Notes: generated by a model from the letters alone, not told the origin. 64,000 nucleotides of DNA from the human T2T-CHM13v2.0 reference genome, Homo sapiens (GCF_009914755.1 NC_060941.1); one strand, 5' to 3'. Shown: positions 13,501-27,239, numbered from the stretch's first letter. Translations and numbers: made by a program.

Positions 13501-14851
13501 AGAAGCAGATGCTAGGAGCCAAGGATTTAGGATCTAGGGAGAGCAGCCAGCACAACCCAGTGGAGACATCAACAGAGGGGCTGTGGTTCCTAGCTTCCCA
13601 TTCAGGTGCAGGTGGAGGCAAGCTGCCATTGTTGGGGGCGGGTGGAGAGGATAGAAGCTGTGCTTAAAGAGCCCTGGCAGAATGGCCAAACCATGCTTCC
13701 TCCTGTAGCAATAGGCCCAGACTTGGGCAATTGAGTGCTTTTCTCACTGCCCAGCAGGGCAGGGATGCAAATTCCAGAGTGAAGATTGGGTAGGCAGGAG
13801 CGCTCTAATTTTCAATTACAGTGTCACACCAAATGGAACTCCGCAGCTCTCCCTCTACTCTGGGGTGTATTTGACTTTGAATCAAGCGACCTCCTGAACA
13901 TATAGACACAGAGAGGAGTGGCTTGTTCCTGCTCACTCACCCCACCAGGCTGCCATGGGACATAAGCCACAGCCCATCGTTTACACACAGGCTTATTAAA
14001 GCAAATAGGATTTGGCCTAGATTGCAAACAGGTTCTCCTCTGGGTAAGCTATTTGCTGTGATCCTTGGGGTGTTTCCTATGGAGCACAGGACACCCAAAC
14101 AGGGCCTGCTTGGTTGCCCTGGGCCTCAGGGATGCCTTGCCAGTCCCACTCCCCTTACCCCAGGAGAGCTCGAAACATTTGCTTAAGACATCTCCATGCA
14201 TCATCCTCCCACCTGGTCCAGGGGAAGGAAAGTTCTGATTTTCCACCTTCTACTCTGTCCTCCAAAATTTCCTGCCTTTTTCCGTCCACTAATCCCCATT
14301 CACTCAGTCTTCTTCCCGGCTTCAGTTTCTTCAGCTGGGAAATGGGACGATTCTGTGAGATGCTTTCTTAGGTTTTTTTTTTCTCCTCAAACCTCCTGTG
14401 CTCTCTGGAAGCTCTGGGAAGTGGAAGGCAGTCTGGCTTGCAAGTCAGGAGCCCTGCAGTCTATTACCAAACTTCCCCTTTCCTGAATAGGTGACCATGA
14501 GTAATTCCCTCCCAATTCCCAAGTCTCAGTGTCTTCAGCTACAACGTTAAGGAAGCAGATTTAAAGATCTCTGAGCTCACTTCTCTTTGGTGTCTTACTC
14601 CAGCAGCCATTGTGCTTATGTGTGTGTATGTATGTGTGTACAACCTCAGCTGGCTTTGCCTGCCTGGCACCCCAGCCCTATCCCTGGATTTTTCCTTGGG
14701 CAGTCACCCTCCATCTGGCGGCATGCAGTCTCAGTGGTGGTATCCATCAAGGTATGCTGCCCGGCAGGTGGACAGGAGACTTAGGCAAGTCCAGCCAGCT
14801 TCTCTTTTCCTAGACACTGACCTGAATTGAGTGCTGTTAGGTGATAGGAAC

Positions 14852-14899
14852 CTATCTATCCATCCATCCATCCATCCATCCATCCATCCATCCATCCAT
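14852..14899. repeat. (TATC)2(CATC)n tetranucleotide microsatellite
   Basis: ctatctatccatccatcc...ccat, about 10 CATC units. Confidence 0.95.
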
Positions 14900-15049
14900 A
14901 GAGCCCTGCCACAAAGACAGTGCCCATGAATTCCTCCATCCTAGATACTCAGAGGTTCCTGATTCCTCTCTTTTGTGAGGCCACACCTATTTTAGCCTTA
15001 GTTCTGATTTTGTGGATTGCCCAGTATCCATCCATTCACATCTGTGTCT

Positions 15050-15378
15050 AAGTCCTACAAGTCTACTCGAATGTCATCTTTTAAATGATGCCTTCCCTGG
15101 TTTCCCTATATAAACTTGCAGCCCCACCCTCATCCCTCAGCTTTTCCTGTCTTCCTCTCCTGCTTCAATTTTCTCCATAGTACTTTATCATGTTTTAACA
15201 ATTGTATCATCTAATTTACTTATTTATGTGGTGTGTTGGCCATCTCTCCCCACTAGAATGTAAGTTCCCTGAGGCCAGACATTTGTGTCTGCTTTATTCA
15301 TTGGTATATTGCCAGTGCTCAGGATAGTGTCTGACACGTGGCAGGCACTCACTAAATATTTGTTGAATGAATGAATGT
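15050..15378 (+). mobile_element. L2 LINE 3' end
   Basis: ctcccccactagaatgtaagttccctgagg...taaatatttgttgaatgaatgaatg. Confidence 0.85.
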
Positions 15379-16372
15379 ATGAAATCATGCTTGAAAGTTG
15401 ACCTCAGTTGGTTTTGGCCACTAATCCTAATTGAGACCGTCTCCTGTTCTTCCCTGTGGATCCTTTCTCCCTCCCCAGGATGGAAGCCCCTTTGCTGATA
15501 TGGGATGGCAAAGCCTGAACAGAAGCAGGGATCAGAGCCCAAATAAAGGGTTGGGCCTCCTGAGGTGGAGGCCCAGTCTAGTCCTCTTCCAGGGGAAGAT
15601 GGCTCAATCTTCGCCCTCTATCTTCCTCTCTCCCCCTTTCAACCCCTTGTCCTAGACCCACCTCTGCAATCTGAACCACTTTCATTTAAGGAAACCCAAA
15701 GTCATGATCTGTTTTCTAGGAAAGTCAGAGCCAAAGACATGAACAGAAAAGAAAAAAAATGCTGACTAGTCTCAGTGGGCCAGGACCTGAAAATCAATTT
15801 GACACATCAATTTTTTGGATTTAATAACTCATGCTCCCATGGAATCAAGGTCATAAATAGTAAAGAGAGTTCCAGGCAAGCCTACCAAAATCTGTTTGAC
15901 TCGGCTGGAGACCTTGATCTCATCTCTCTGTTCTGGTCCCATCAATAATTTCCTCTCCTAGATGCTTCCTCTCTTTGGTTTGGCTCCCACATCATTGCCC
16001 TGTCAATGATGTTTGCCTACATTTCTGTCTCTTCCTTCTGTGCACCTCACCTCTTCTTTCCCTGTTCATTGAATGAAGTCATCCCACAAGGCTCTGTTCT
16101 TTGCTGTCTGGGCTTCTCAGCCTACATTTAATCCTCAGGAATGTAAGTCTCTCCTTTTACGGTACCATGTTGAAGATTTCCCCAAATTCTTCTCAGTACC
16201 CCCAAAATCTCTAATCACTGGATGGCCTCCTCAACTGGAAATCTGGCTTATCCTTTGCCTATCTTCAGACCTCCCCTTTTTAAACTTCTCTGCCCTCAAA
16301 TTGGATGGACGCTCTTGGATCATCTGCTCGAATGTCACGTTTTCAATGAAGCCTTCCCTGGTCTCCTTATAT

Positions 16373-16443
16373 ATTAATACCCCATTTACAGATGATCTTG
16401 GATCATTTACAGATCCAAGATCATCTGTAAATGGGGTATTAAT
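16373..16443. repeat. Perfect inverted repeat, 32-bp arms with a 7-nt spacer
   Basis: attaataccccatttacagatgatcttggatc (16373-16404) - atttaca - gatccaagatcatctgtaaatggggtattaat (16412-16443); arms are exact reverse complements. Confidence 0.98.
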
Positions 16444-17083
16444 CCCTTTCTCAAATAACTGTTGAGTGAGTTTAACAATATGATTCATCTAAAGGTGCTT
16501 TGAAATGGTACGAGTGTTACTTGGTCTAATTCAGTCTCAGACTTCTGGTTGTGGAATGCCTGCCCTTTATTTCCATAGTCTCATATAGTGAGTCCAGCTG
16601 TACACTCAGGGACTTGTGTCCCCATCTCCACAATAACCTGCCTAGGCCTGACCCCACATTCCAACTCTGGATTTTCATCGTGCATGGACTCCTTGTATGA
16701 GCCCAGCCTAGTTTTCCAACTCACCTGTGCTCCACCCTCCCAATTGCTCTCTTCCAACTGGAGAGCCCACGTGGGCCCAAGGAAGGCAGGGAGGAAAGTG
16801 ACATTGTTGAGCCCTGTGCCCGGTGAAGTACGCATGTGATCTCATCCAATCTGCAGCCACTCCAGGAGGAGGGCATCATTATCCTCAATAAACAGATGAG
16901 CAAACAGAGGCTCATGGAGGGTCAGCGACGTGTCCAAGGTCACTGACTCATCAGAAGGCTACTTTGTTCTCACTCCATCAGGTGGCCCAAGGAGAAAGGT
17001 AAGACAGAAAGAGGAAGCCACTAGGACAAACTTGTTCCTGCTGTGATACCCTTAAACATCAAATCATGAGATTAGGTCGTCCT

Positions 17084-17108
17084 GGGGGTGGGTGTGGGCA
17101 GGGGAGGG
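17084..17108 (+). other. G-quadruplex-forming motif
   Basis: GGGGGtGGGtgtGGGcaGGGGaGGG: five G-tracts with loops of 1-3 nt. Confidence 0.7.
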
Positions 17109-17159
17109 AAAAGTGGCTATACCGAAGCAAGGATGGAGGGAGGAGGGTGCCTGTGATCA

Positions 17160-17570
17160 GCCATGCTAATTTTGACATTTTCCTGTGCGTCTGCTTGTCA
17201 TCATCAACTTATAATTTAACCTCGTTGTGGCGATGCCTCTGGAATGTCAACAAGGCTTGCTGGAATTTCATTACAGCCAGGCAGCTGGCCCCTGGTATTT
17301 CTGATACAAATGATGTGCAGCTGCATTCTGGCCCTGCTGTCTTTATCCCCCATCTAGCAAATGGCAGCATTAGGCACACTTAATCCGGAGAGATATTCCC
17401 TACACCGAGAAGAGGGCTCGTCAATTCCACCGGGGGCATTTCCTATGGACTGCTCTGCCTGAGCCAATTAAACTAAAGTAATTGCTGAAAAGCAATGGAT
17501 ATTGATGATGGATACAGGGGGCTGACCACAGGGGTAGTTGGAGGGAAAGTGCTGAATAATGAAACCTCCC
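17160..17570. promoter_or_regulatory. Candidate enhancer / conserved non-coding element
   Basis: No recognisable repeat; TAATCC, CAATTA/TAATTG, TGACA/TGTCA, two CAGCTG, GGAATG and TGATGGAT motifs; motif evidence only. Confidence 0.45.
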
Positions 17571-20500
17571 CATATCTGCACAGCATTTGCCACTTTCAGG
17601 GCACCTCTGCCTGCATCGTGGCAGTGGTTCAGTGATCTGTGCTGGGAGGTTGTGGCATTCCCATTTTGCAAAAGTGAACATCAAAGCTCAGAGGAAAAAA
17701 TGATTTCAAGTTAACCAGAATTAGGAAACAGAAATCTGGGTACACAAAGTGCACGTCTAGATTTCACATTTATCCAACAAATATTTATTGAGCACCTACT
17801 GTTAGCCAGGCCTTGTGCTTGTTTGAAGGATACAGTTTTTCTATCCTCGATAACCATGGCATTTTTCTGTAGGATTTTCCTTTCAGGCCCTCTCCTAAGA
17901 GAGATCTTTCCCAATCCCCTACATCCTATACCGTTTACTTTCCCCTTCCCTCTGGCCCCAAAGAGAAGGTTTTGATGTCTGTCGATTCTACCTGAGTATA
18001 CGTAGGTTTCCTTTTCTGTCCCTCCCAACAGAAGCCTCATGACACTGATTGTTCCCAGGGACAGAGAAGGCCTGCCCTGTTACAGGACTCCTGCACCCTG
18101 TGAGCAGACTGGAGAGGAATTTGGGGCCAGCGGTCTTGTTGGCCCTGAAAGCACGGTGTCTGCAGCTGCCTGCCTGGCACATGGGTTCAAGCAGCCTTGC
18201 CAGCTCATGGCATCATGGTGCAGTATGGAGGTCCCGGGCCATGGTTTCAGTGCTGTCTATGACTCATGGGCTGTGGAGTCCTGGTGCCAGCCCTTGAAGG
18301 TGGGGCAGGAAAGTGAGGCACATGAGTGAATTCATAGCTGAGACCACGCCAGACCTGGATCTTTCCCAGGTTTGAAGGTTGAATGTGCCTGTGCTGGCCA
18401 GGGCTTGGTGAGCTTCTCCACTGGATGGTAAACCCCACTCAGTGTCTTCCCTATTATCACACTCAGGCCCTAGCTGCTAGAAGCCTCATTTGCCTAAGTT
18501 TTTGTCCCAATGTTTCCGTGAAGGCAGAGAGAGGAGCTATTTGCATGCCAGCCCAGGGCTACGTAGAAAATATGGCAGGGATCCTCTCACACTGCAGTCG
18601 AGTCAAGGCAGTCCAGGGTGGCTGCTGGGGCCAGACTGCCCCGTCAAGATCCAGCCTGCCTTTCACTGACTGTGTGATTAGAATGTCTTGCCCTATCCCT
18701 GGACTTTAGTTTCTGCAACTTCAAAATGAGGACAAGATAACCTCCAAGGTCCAGGTTACTTTCCTATACAGAGTCTGGAACTGTGCCTGCCCGCATAGTG
18801 CACACTCACAGCCAGCTAAAGGATGGTGTGCCTGGGGTGGGTCTGCAGGGCAAGCCCTATTTCATAGTTTAACATTTCTGACACCACCTGTGTCAAATTC
18901 CTATGCTTACGGTGTGCTGGGAGAGTCGAGTCAAGGCCAGACTGAGGGTGACTCTGGCCCTCTGTGCTAGGCCTACTGTCTGCAGATGCCTCCAACCCTG
19001 CCTTGGACAGAGGGAGGAGTAAGGAGTGTTAGGAAGGGCCTGGGGTGTCAAAGAGCTTCTAACCCCACCAGTGAGTCCTGGTGCCTATGGAGGGAGAGCG
19101 AGGAGGGCTTCTAAACATGGGTCATAGATAAAACCAAAACAGAATAAACACACTTGGGGGGCTTACAGGAGAAACATTATCACAAAAGGGCTGAGTGTAA
19201 GTACAGAAGGGGACAGGACAGGCTTATTGTGTCTCCTCGGTGACAGATCCAACCAGAGTCAGTTTACAGACTACATGTAAGGTGTCGGGCAGTCAACCCC
19301 CAGCTGGTTCCAGGGCCTTGGTCCCTCCCAGCAGCTGTCTTCCCCAAGTCTATGACTCATGACCAGGAGAGAGGAGGGTGGGCAGTGAGTTGCATGAAGG
19401 CAAGACACCCTCTAAAGCCTGGACCCAGGCCATGACACCAATCCATCAGAGCCGTGACCTTGGCCTGGCGTTGTCTTGGGGGCACAAGAGTGACCATTCA
19501 CACTACCTGCCTCTATCCGTCCTTCCTTCCTGCATGAGACCTGGTATAGCTGCTGCTCCGTGCCTACCACTGGGTCATAGAGATTCAGAGTCTCCCTGGG
19601 GCAGTTGCCAGGGAGTGAGGCCGTCAGAAACCCTGACTTCTCCCCTCCACCCAGCCGAGCTCCACCAAGCCCAGGAGTGGCTCTCCCGGAGCCTGGTGTC
19701 CCCTGTATGCACAGAGTACTTTAAGAAATCCAGAAAAGTCATCACCCCCAGGAATCCACACTGAATGTGAGCCAGCATCAGCCCTCTCTGCACTCGACCT
19801 CCTCAGGTACCAAGATGGGTTATATTTGGGGTAAGAGGGGACAGAAAGGCCTCATGTGTCAGGAAAAAGTTACAAAATCCCACCCCTCATACAAGAACTC
19901 TCACTTTTTCCCCTTCTTAGCATTCTGCAGAGCTAGAGTGAACCATGTTGGCCATTGTGAAAGTACAAATTCAGGAATGCTGAGGTCATTACTCAAGGTG
20001 ACATCACTTATAAGTGGCCAGCCCTTGACCTACAAGGTCTAAATCACATTTCTATCTTCACACTTAGAGGTCTCAATTTCTGCTTACACACCTTCAATAA
20101 TGAAGAACTCGGGAACTCAGTCTCTCTTGAATGGAACTCCACATAGAAGAGTCTCAAGTGGTCCAAAGTAACTAGACTTCTCTCTGTGCCCCTTAGGCCT
20201 CCTCTCTTCTTTCTCTACTGGACACAGCAACAGCAAGTATCCGAGTCACTTAGTATTCCTGGTATTCTGAGCTGGGCTCCAGCTGGGGTGAGCCTTGTAG
20301 ATTCTCAGACAGCAGCATCAAGGAATGTGGGCTTCAAGCCAAGTCAGATAATAGGAAAATAATAATAATAATAAAGATAGAGACACAAACACAAGGACAC
20401 TGGGACAAGCATAAGCGGTTAGATCCACAAACAGAGACAAATAGGTGCTGGGAGCATGGTGGAAGGACACACCTCCACTGACAGCCACATATTTTCAGGA

Positions 20501-20822
20501 CTCAAGAGCCCAAGGACAGACAGAGCTCAAGCAAGTCTCTGAGTGAGGGAGGTGAGAAGCCGGATGAGGGCTGGCCTTTGTGTCTCCATCTCTACCACTT
20601 GACCAGGATCAAAGAACTTCCCCAGATGAGCTTAGACACTTAGACATCTAGAAATGACTCAGTGGGCGAGAAGAAAGGGAGACTAGGAAGTGAAAGAATG
20701 AAGTGAAAGAAGTGAAAGAATGGGCCACAACACATATGGAGATGGGATGGCAGGGGAAAGGATGCGAATCTTGGGAATGGGAAGAAGTTTTCTGGGAACT
20801 TGGGTAGGTTGAGGCAACAGGT

Positions 20823-21599
<777 letters not shown>

Positions 21600-21862
21600 C
21601 AGGCTTAAACTCTGAGCAGGAAGTTTTCATTTTGCCTGGCCCACAGTTTACAAAAACATTGATGACTGCGATCTCACTTGATCTTCACAATGATTTGGTG
21701 AAGTGGGTGGTACTGTTCTTACTTAACACACGAGGAAACTGAGGCTTGAAGTTCAATGGCTGTTCGAAGACCAAAACAGCAAGGAATTGGTGGAACCAGG
21801 ACTTAAACCCTGGTCTTTTGGGCTCTCAAATGTATGTTCTTTCCTCTCTTGCACAGTTTCTA

Positions 21863-21968
21863 AAGAAAAGAAAGAAGGAAGGGAGAGAGAAAGGAAGGGA
21901 GGGTGGAAAGGGGGAAAGAGGAGAAGAAAGAAGGAAGGAAGGAAGGAAAGAAGGGAGGGGGGGAAGAG
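21863..21968. repeat. Purine-rich (GGAA/GA) low-complexity tract
   Basis: aaagaaaagaaagaaggaagggagag...ggaaggaaggaaggaaagaagggagggg. Confidence 0.9.
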
Positions 21969-21974
21969 TAGCTA

Positions 21975-22210
21975 ACATCTAGCACTTATTCTGAGCTAAG
22001 CACCATGCTTAACATTCTACATGCATTATCTTATTTAATCCTCACAATTTTATGACATATGTATTATTTGTATCCCTATGTTATAGATGAGGAATTTGAG
22101 GCCCAGAGAATTGCAACATTATCTAAGGTCACATAGCCTTGTATGAGGAAGTGGCTTGATACAAACTCACTTCCGTCTGATTCCAGGCCAGGCATCTTAA
22201 CCACTACTAT
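21975..22210 (-). mobile_element. MIR SINE, near full length
   Basis: tacatgcattatcttatttaatcctcacaa...tatagatgaggaatttgaggcccagaga. Confidence 0.85.
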
Positions 22211-23984
22211 CAGGGAGAATTGGCACCAACCGGAAGGTTGAGGAGCCTCAAGAAGCAGTTGTGGGCTAGAGTATTGGGGAATCCAGAGCAGCTAACTAAG
22301 ATGCTAAGCACCTGAGTAAATGGGAAGCTTAGACAGATCTGCATCCTTGTTCTCCTGGGAGCAGACTGGGCCTGCTTTGGGGCTGAGCCAGTTCATGCCT
22401 GGAGCCATTGCTTGGAAATTGCACCCAGCCAATCCCCAGCCGTAATTACCACTAGGCTTGCAGCACTGGGCTGAGAGCTGGAAATAGCTCTGTATTTATT
22501 TACCCTGCAATTACATGCTACATTAAATGCTCTGCAAGAACATGGCGATCACCCTGCAATTAACTGGTCCCTGCTTCCTGGGCAAGAGAAGGCTGGAGAC
22601 AGTTACTGGCTGGAATCAAGTGCTCCCTGGTTTCTTAATGGGCCTGGGGTCACCTTGTAACTTATGCTGGTGGGCCTGGCCAGAGGCTGCAGCTCCAAGT
22701 GGGAGCTTCTTTAGCTCCTGAAGGAGACAGATTAACATCTGAGTCAGATCTGAGTCCAGCGTTGCTATGGGTTCTGTGACAAGATCGTCCATTAGTGGGT
22801 CCTTGTCCATATTGTCTTCTCTAGCTCCTCCCAAGGCATCTAGTGTCTCTCTGTATTTTATTTTTGGAGTTCCTGAATTCTACCAGCCTTTGCATAGGTC
22901 GTTTCCTATCATGTTGACCTGGTAAATTCCTATCTACCTTTGAAGATTCAGCTCAACTATCATCTCCTCTGGGAAGCATGCTTTGAAAGGAGATTGTATA
23001 GGAAAGTGAAAATCAGACATACTCGTGACAAAATACCAGCTTCATTACTTGATAGCTATGTGACTTTGAGCAACTTACTTGGCCTCTCTGAACCTCAATA
23101 TATGTGTGTATGTGTACATGGGTGTATAGAACTCCCTGATATCATATGCTTATACACATTATGTGTATACATATACAAGAACTCAAAGTCTTCTAGTTAG
23201 GGACAGATTTTAGCAAGGTGGAAACAGCATGGTGCCTCACACACAGTAGGTGTGCACCAAATCTTTGTTGAATCAATGAGTCAGTGAGTAAATCAACCAT
23301 CAATCAAAAGAAACCAATTAGGAGCTGTGAGTGTGTGTGTACCCATGTTTATCTTTGTGGCTGTCCACTTAACTTGCTGCATATAAACAAGTATACCAGT
23401 TACTCAAAAACATAATATGTGCACATGATGGTAATTGGTCTCTAGTTGCCTGGAGATTTCAGAGAACTTGTTCCCAGGCTGTGTGGATAGACTAAGAATG
23501 CCAGGAAAAAGCACTAAGAAAAGAGTTAATTATATATTTACTACCTCTGTCATTTTCTCCTAATTATGTCTTGGCAAGCAGTGTCTCCTGGATGAGTCTT
23601 AATCTCAGTGTCTTTAAAAATATAATAATAAATCAATGTGAGATGAAATGCTCCCAACAGCCAAAATGCACCAGACAGTTTCCAATCAGTGAGAGCACCA
23701 GTGAACAGTTCTGGACCCAGTTTCGATGACGTTTGGGCCTCAGGTACCAGATATGGAGCCAGAAAAACAGTCAGAGAGCAGAGCAGTGTCTAGAACGTGT
23801 CACTGAGGCCTCTCCTCAGTCTTCTGAGGGTCACCTGGAATCCCTATGGCCTCTGCCTGCTGCCAATGTACCATGAGGCAACAGAGGAGGAAGTTAGGCG
23901 TGCAAATTCGTGAGCCACCCTGGTGCATTTTGCTTGGTTTCTGGACTGAGAAGACAGGGCCCATTTACTCAGCCCTCTGTATGT

Positions 23985-24202
23985 CAGCGGCTCTCAACTG
24001 GGGGCAGTTCTATCCTCCTAGCAGTCATTTGTACAAGTCTGGAGTTATTTTCAGCGGTTACCACCTGGGGATTTTGCTACTGGCATCCAATGGGTAGAGG
24101 CCAGGGGTGCTGCTGAACATTCTACAATGCACAGGATACTCCCACCCACAGCAAAGAATTATCTGGCTTAAAATGCCAGTAATGCCCAGGTTGAGAAGCC
24201 CT
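23985..24202 (+). mobile_element. MER20 DNA transposon, full length
   Basis: cagcggctctcaac...gctactggcatccaatgggtagaggccaggg...ggttgagaagccct; 8-bp TSD ctgtatgt / ctgtttgt. Confidence 0.92.
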
Positions 24203-25999
24203 CTGTTTGTGCTGGCAAGCTTGGGCCCTGGCAGCATGTGTCCATGCTGTCTGTTCTTGTTGTCACTCGTTCTGGTTTTCAGACCTCTTCATGCTCTTTT
24301 CTATTTTGGTTTCTAACAAGGGACACAGGCACACACATGCTCAGAACAAATGCACAGCCTTCCTTCCCCATAACCCCTTTCTGGCTGCAATCATATTCAC
24401 TGAGGATTAGTCAGCCCTCTCCAATGGAGGGGAGTGGACACTCACCTTGACATCCTGTGGGCGCCTGCAGATGCTGGCTCTTTCTCTCCTCCCAGGGATA
24501 AGACCGCACTTCTCTCACTGGTCCCAGTGGGCATAGCAAAAGCAACAAAGCTGTGGGGCTTGTTGGTGCTTCATCGAACAGGCCTAGGCAGGAGGCCCAG
24601 TGCAGCCCTGTCTATGAGGTGACCTGGGAATCTGTGTTTCTTATCAAGTGTCAACACATATGCCCAGCAATTTCACTCTGTTCCATACCAAGCAATCAAA
24701 CACGCCTACATCGTGCAAGCAATTTTTAGGTCTCCTAGTTTCTATTATTAGAGCCTCTTGCCTAGGATTAAAGGCCCATGGCACGTAAAAGGGCCAAGAG
24801 GAAATTTCCCAGGATTTTCTCATGTAGTCCTCACAACCACCCGACGATGCAGACACTTGTGCATCCCCTTCACAATTGGGGGAAAGAGGTTCTAAGGACA
24901 GAACAGTGCCTTTGCACTGCATGAGTCAGATCTTGTCACTTGTCTGTCTAAGCTGGTGCTGGAAATAATGAAGATGAGATGGAAACACCAGTCCATTTGA
25001 TCCTAAGCAAGGCATGGGCTCTTGACACTATAGCTGTTGCTGAAAGGAGATGGAGGAAGGAGAGGCAAAGAGAATAGAAAGGGATGTTTCTGAGCACAAG
25101 AGTGGAGGAAACAGAAGGCATGGATCACCTCTTTAACCCTGACATTCTCCTAGCTCATAAGCACATCCCTGTCCTTTAACATCTGGGTGTCTTTCTAGAG
25201 GACACCAGAAACTTCAGACACTGAAAGGAAAGACATTCTAAAAGGTGGAAAGAAAGTGGCATTTGGGGACTGCTATAGGCAGTCTGAATATAGATGTGAG
25301 TGATAAACATATGGGGCTCATTACTCCAAGAGGCCCAGGCTTCTTCTAAACAGGTGTCAAGAGAATTTTAACTGAAGCCTCAAGCCATGATGAATTATTA
25401 AAGGCATGGAGGGATGTGAGTAGGACATTTCAGCTCAGTCAGTCAGCTCCAGGAACACCTTGGATAGACCATAGGCAGATGAGCACTTGGGAAATGATCT
25501 ATATAAAGTACAATAAACTTCTCTGAAAATTATGCCCACCCCAACCTCCCCCCACTCACACATACGACTTCTTTAGAATCCAGCATTTCTCAACATGTAT
25601 CCCACAGAGCAGTACCTCGTAACTTTAGCGTGCATAGAAACTTTAATGTGTCCTCGGAGTGTCCAGGGTGGGCCTGACATTCTGCATCTCTAACAAGCTC
25701 TCAAGAAATGCTGATGCAACCGGTCTACAGGTCATACTTGAATAGAGAGGTTTTAGAATACTGGCTAAGCAAGATGTTAATGGTCTTCAAGGGAAAAGAA
25801 AAGATTCCAGAGGCAAAATGTTTGGGACAGACAACATTAAGTTTAACGAGTATCTGAACCACCAGGGAAAGAGGGCAGAGTGTAATATGCTTAAGGCTGT
25901 TAAGAGGCTTTACAGAAAACAAAAGGAGTTCCATGGTCAAACACTTTTGGGAGGACCTGGGTTAAGTTAAAGGAGTATGCAGAACTTCTCAGTGCCTTT

Positions 26000-26550
26000 A
26001 CACTGAGCCAGATCTTGCCACTCCTCTGTCTAAAGCTGGTAATGTAGAAGTCTTTACATTGGCTGAAAAAGCCCCCAGGACTTCACTCCTTCCTTCTCCC
26101 TATGTCCAGGTCCACAGGCCTTCCCTGAGAAGACACAATAGGCATCCCTCAGCCTCAGGGCCTTTGGCCTGGGTCTTTCCTCTGCCTGAAACATTCTCTG
26201 ACAGCTAATTGTCTAACTCCATTGCCTTCTTCTTTTCTCAAAGGCCACCTTTTAGATGAGACTGCTCTAACCACCCTATGGAATTTCATAACCCACACCT
26301 CTTGCCCCTGGCATTTGCAATCCCCCTTATTTGAACTTTCTTTTTTCTTTTCTTCCAGTGCATTTTCACCTTCAAAGACACCATACAATTTCATAATTTA
26401 TTGTGTTTATTGCTTATTGTTTGTCTTTTCCATTAAACTGTAAGCTCCATGAGAACAGGAATCTGGTTTTTTTTCCTTGCAGTATTATGAGTACCTGGAA
26501 CAGTACCTGTGCTATACTAGATACTCTAAATATTTGCTGAATCAGCAATT
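26000..26550 (+). mobile_element. L2 LINE 3' fragment
   Basis: cctcagggcctttg...tgtaagctccatgagaacagg...taaatatttgctgaat. Confidence 0.75.
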
Positions 26551-27239
26551 GGGCAGATGTCCAAAGTGAAGTTCTTAGTAGGAGTGGAATATAGTAAGCA
26601 TCATTCTCCAAAGGCTTTTCACTGCAGAACCTATTTCTTTCTTATTTCTTTTCCAACAGAGCATCTCAGCATGACCACTATTCCTAAATACACATTTTCT
26701 AGGAAATGGCTGCTGTAGTAACTCACTGAGAATCCAGCCTTCATTCATTTTCCTAAATCCTTCTGGGCCTATTCATATTCATCCCCTGACAATCCCAAAG
26801 TGATGAATTCCATAAGTTTATTACCCACAGTATAAATTTATCTTTAATTCTGCAAGAACAATGTCATGGGAGGGACACTTACTTCCTGCTCTCCTGCAAA
26901 GGGCCCCTCGATGCCACCACAGAGAAGAGGCATAGGGTTTCACACCATGCCTTATAAGCATGGTGCTCCATAAATTCATATTTAACCCTCAGAGTAATCC
27001 TTTGAGGTGAGTCTTAATCCCCCATTATACAAATGAGAATCTGGGTCTCAGGGAGATTAAGTAGCTTACAGAGCTGGGATTTGGATAAAGGTCTGCCATG
27101 CCTTGAAGCTCATATACTCTCCACAACACCAATGTGGCAAAGCTCACAAAATGGCATTTTTCAAATGCCAAGGTACGGAATCAGAGACTTGGGAGCTGTG
27201 TGTCTGTCCAGAGTGTCTCCCTCATTAGCAGTGGCCATA

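Noticed and set aside
16073-16488. Opposite-strand ORFs sharing a near-identical peptide (INTPFTDDLGS...DPRSSVNGVLI)
   Set aside because: A direct consequence of the DNA palindrome, not evidence of coding.
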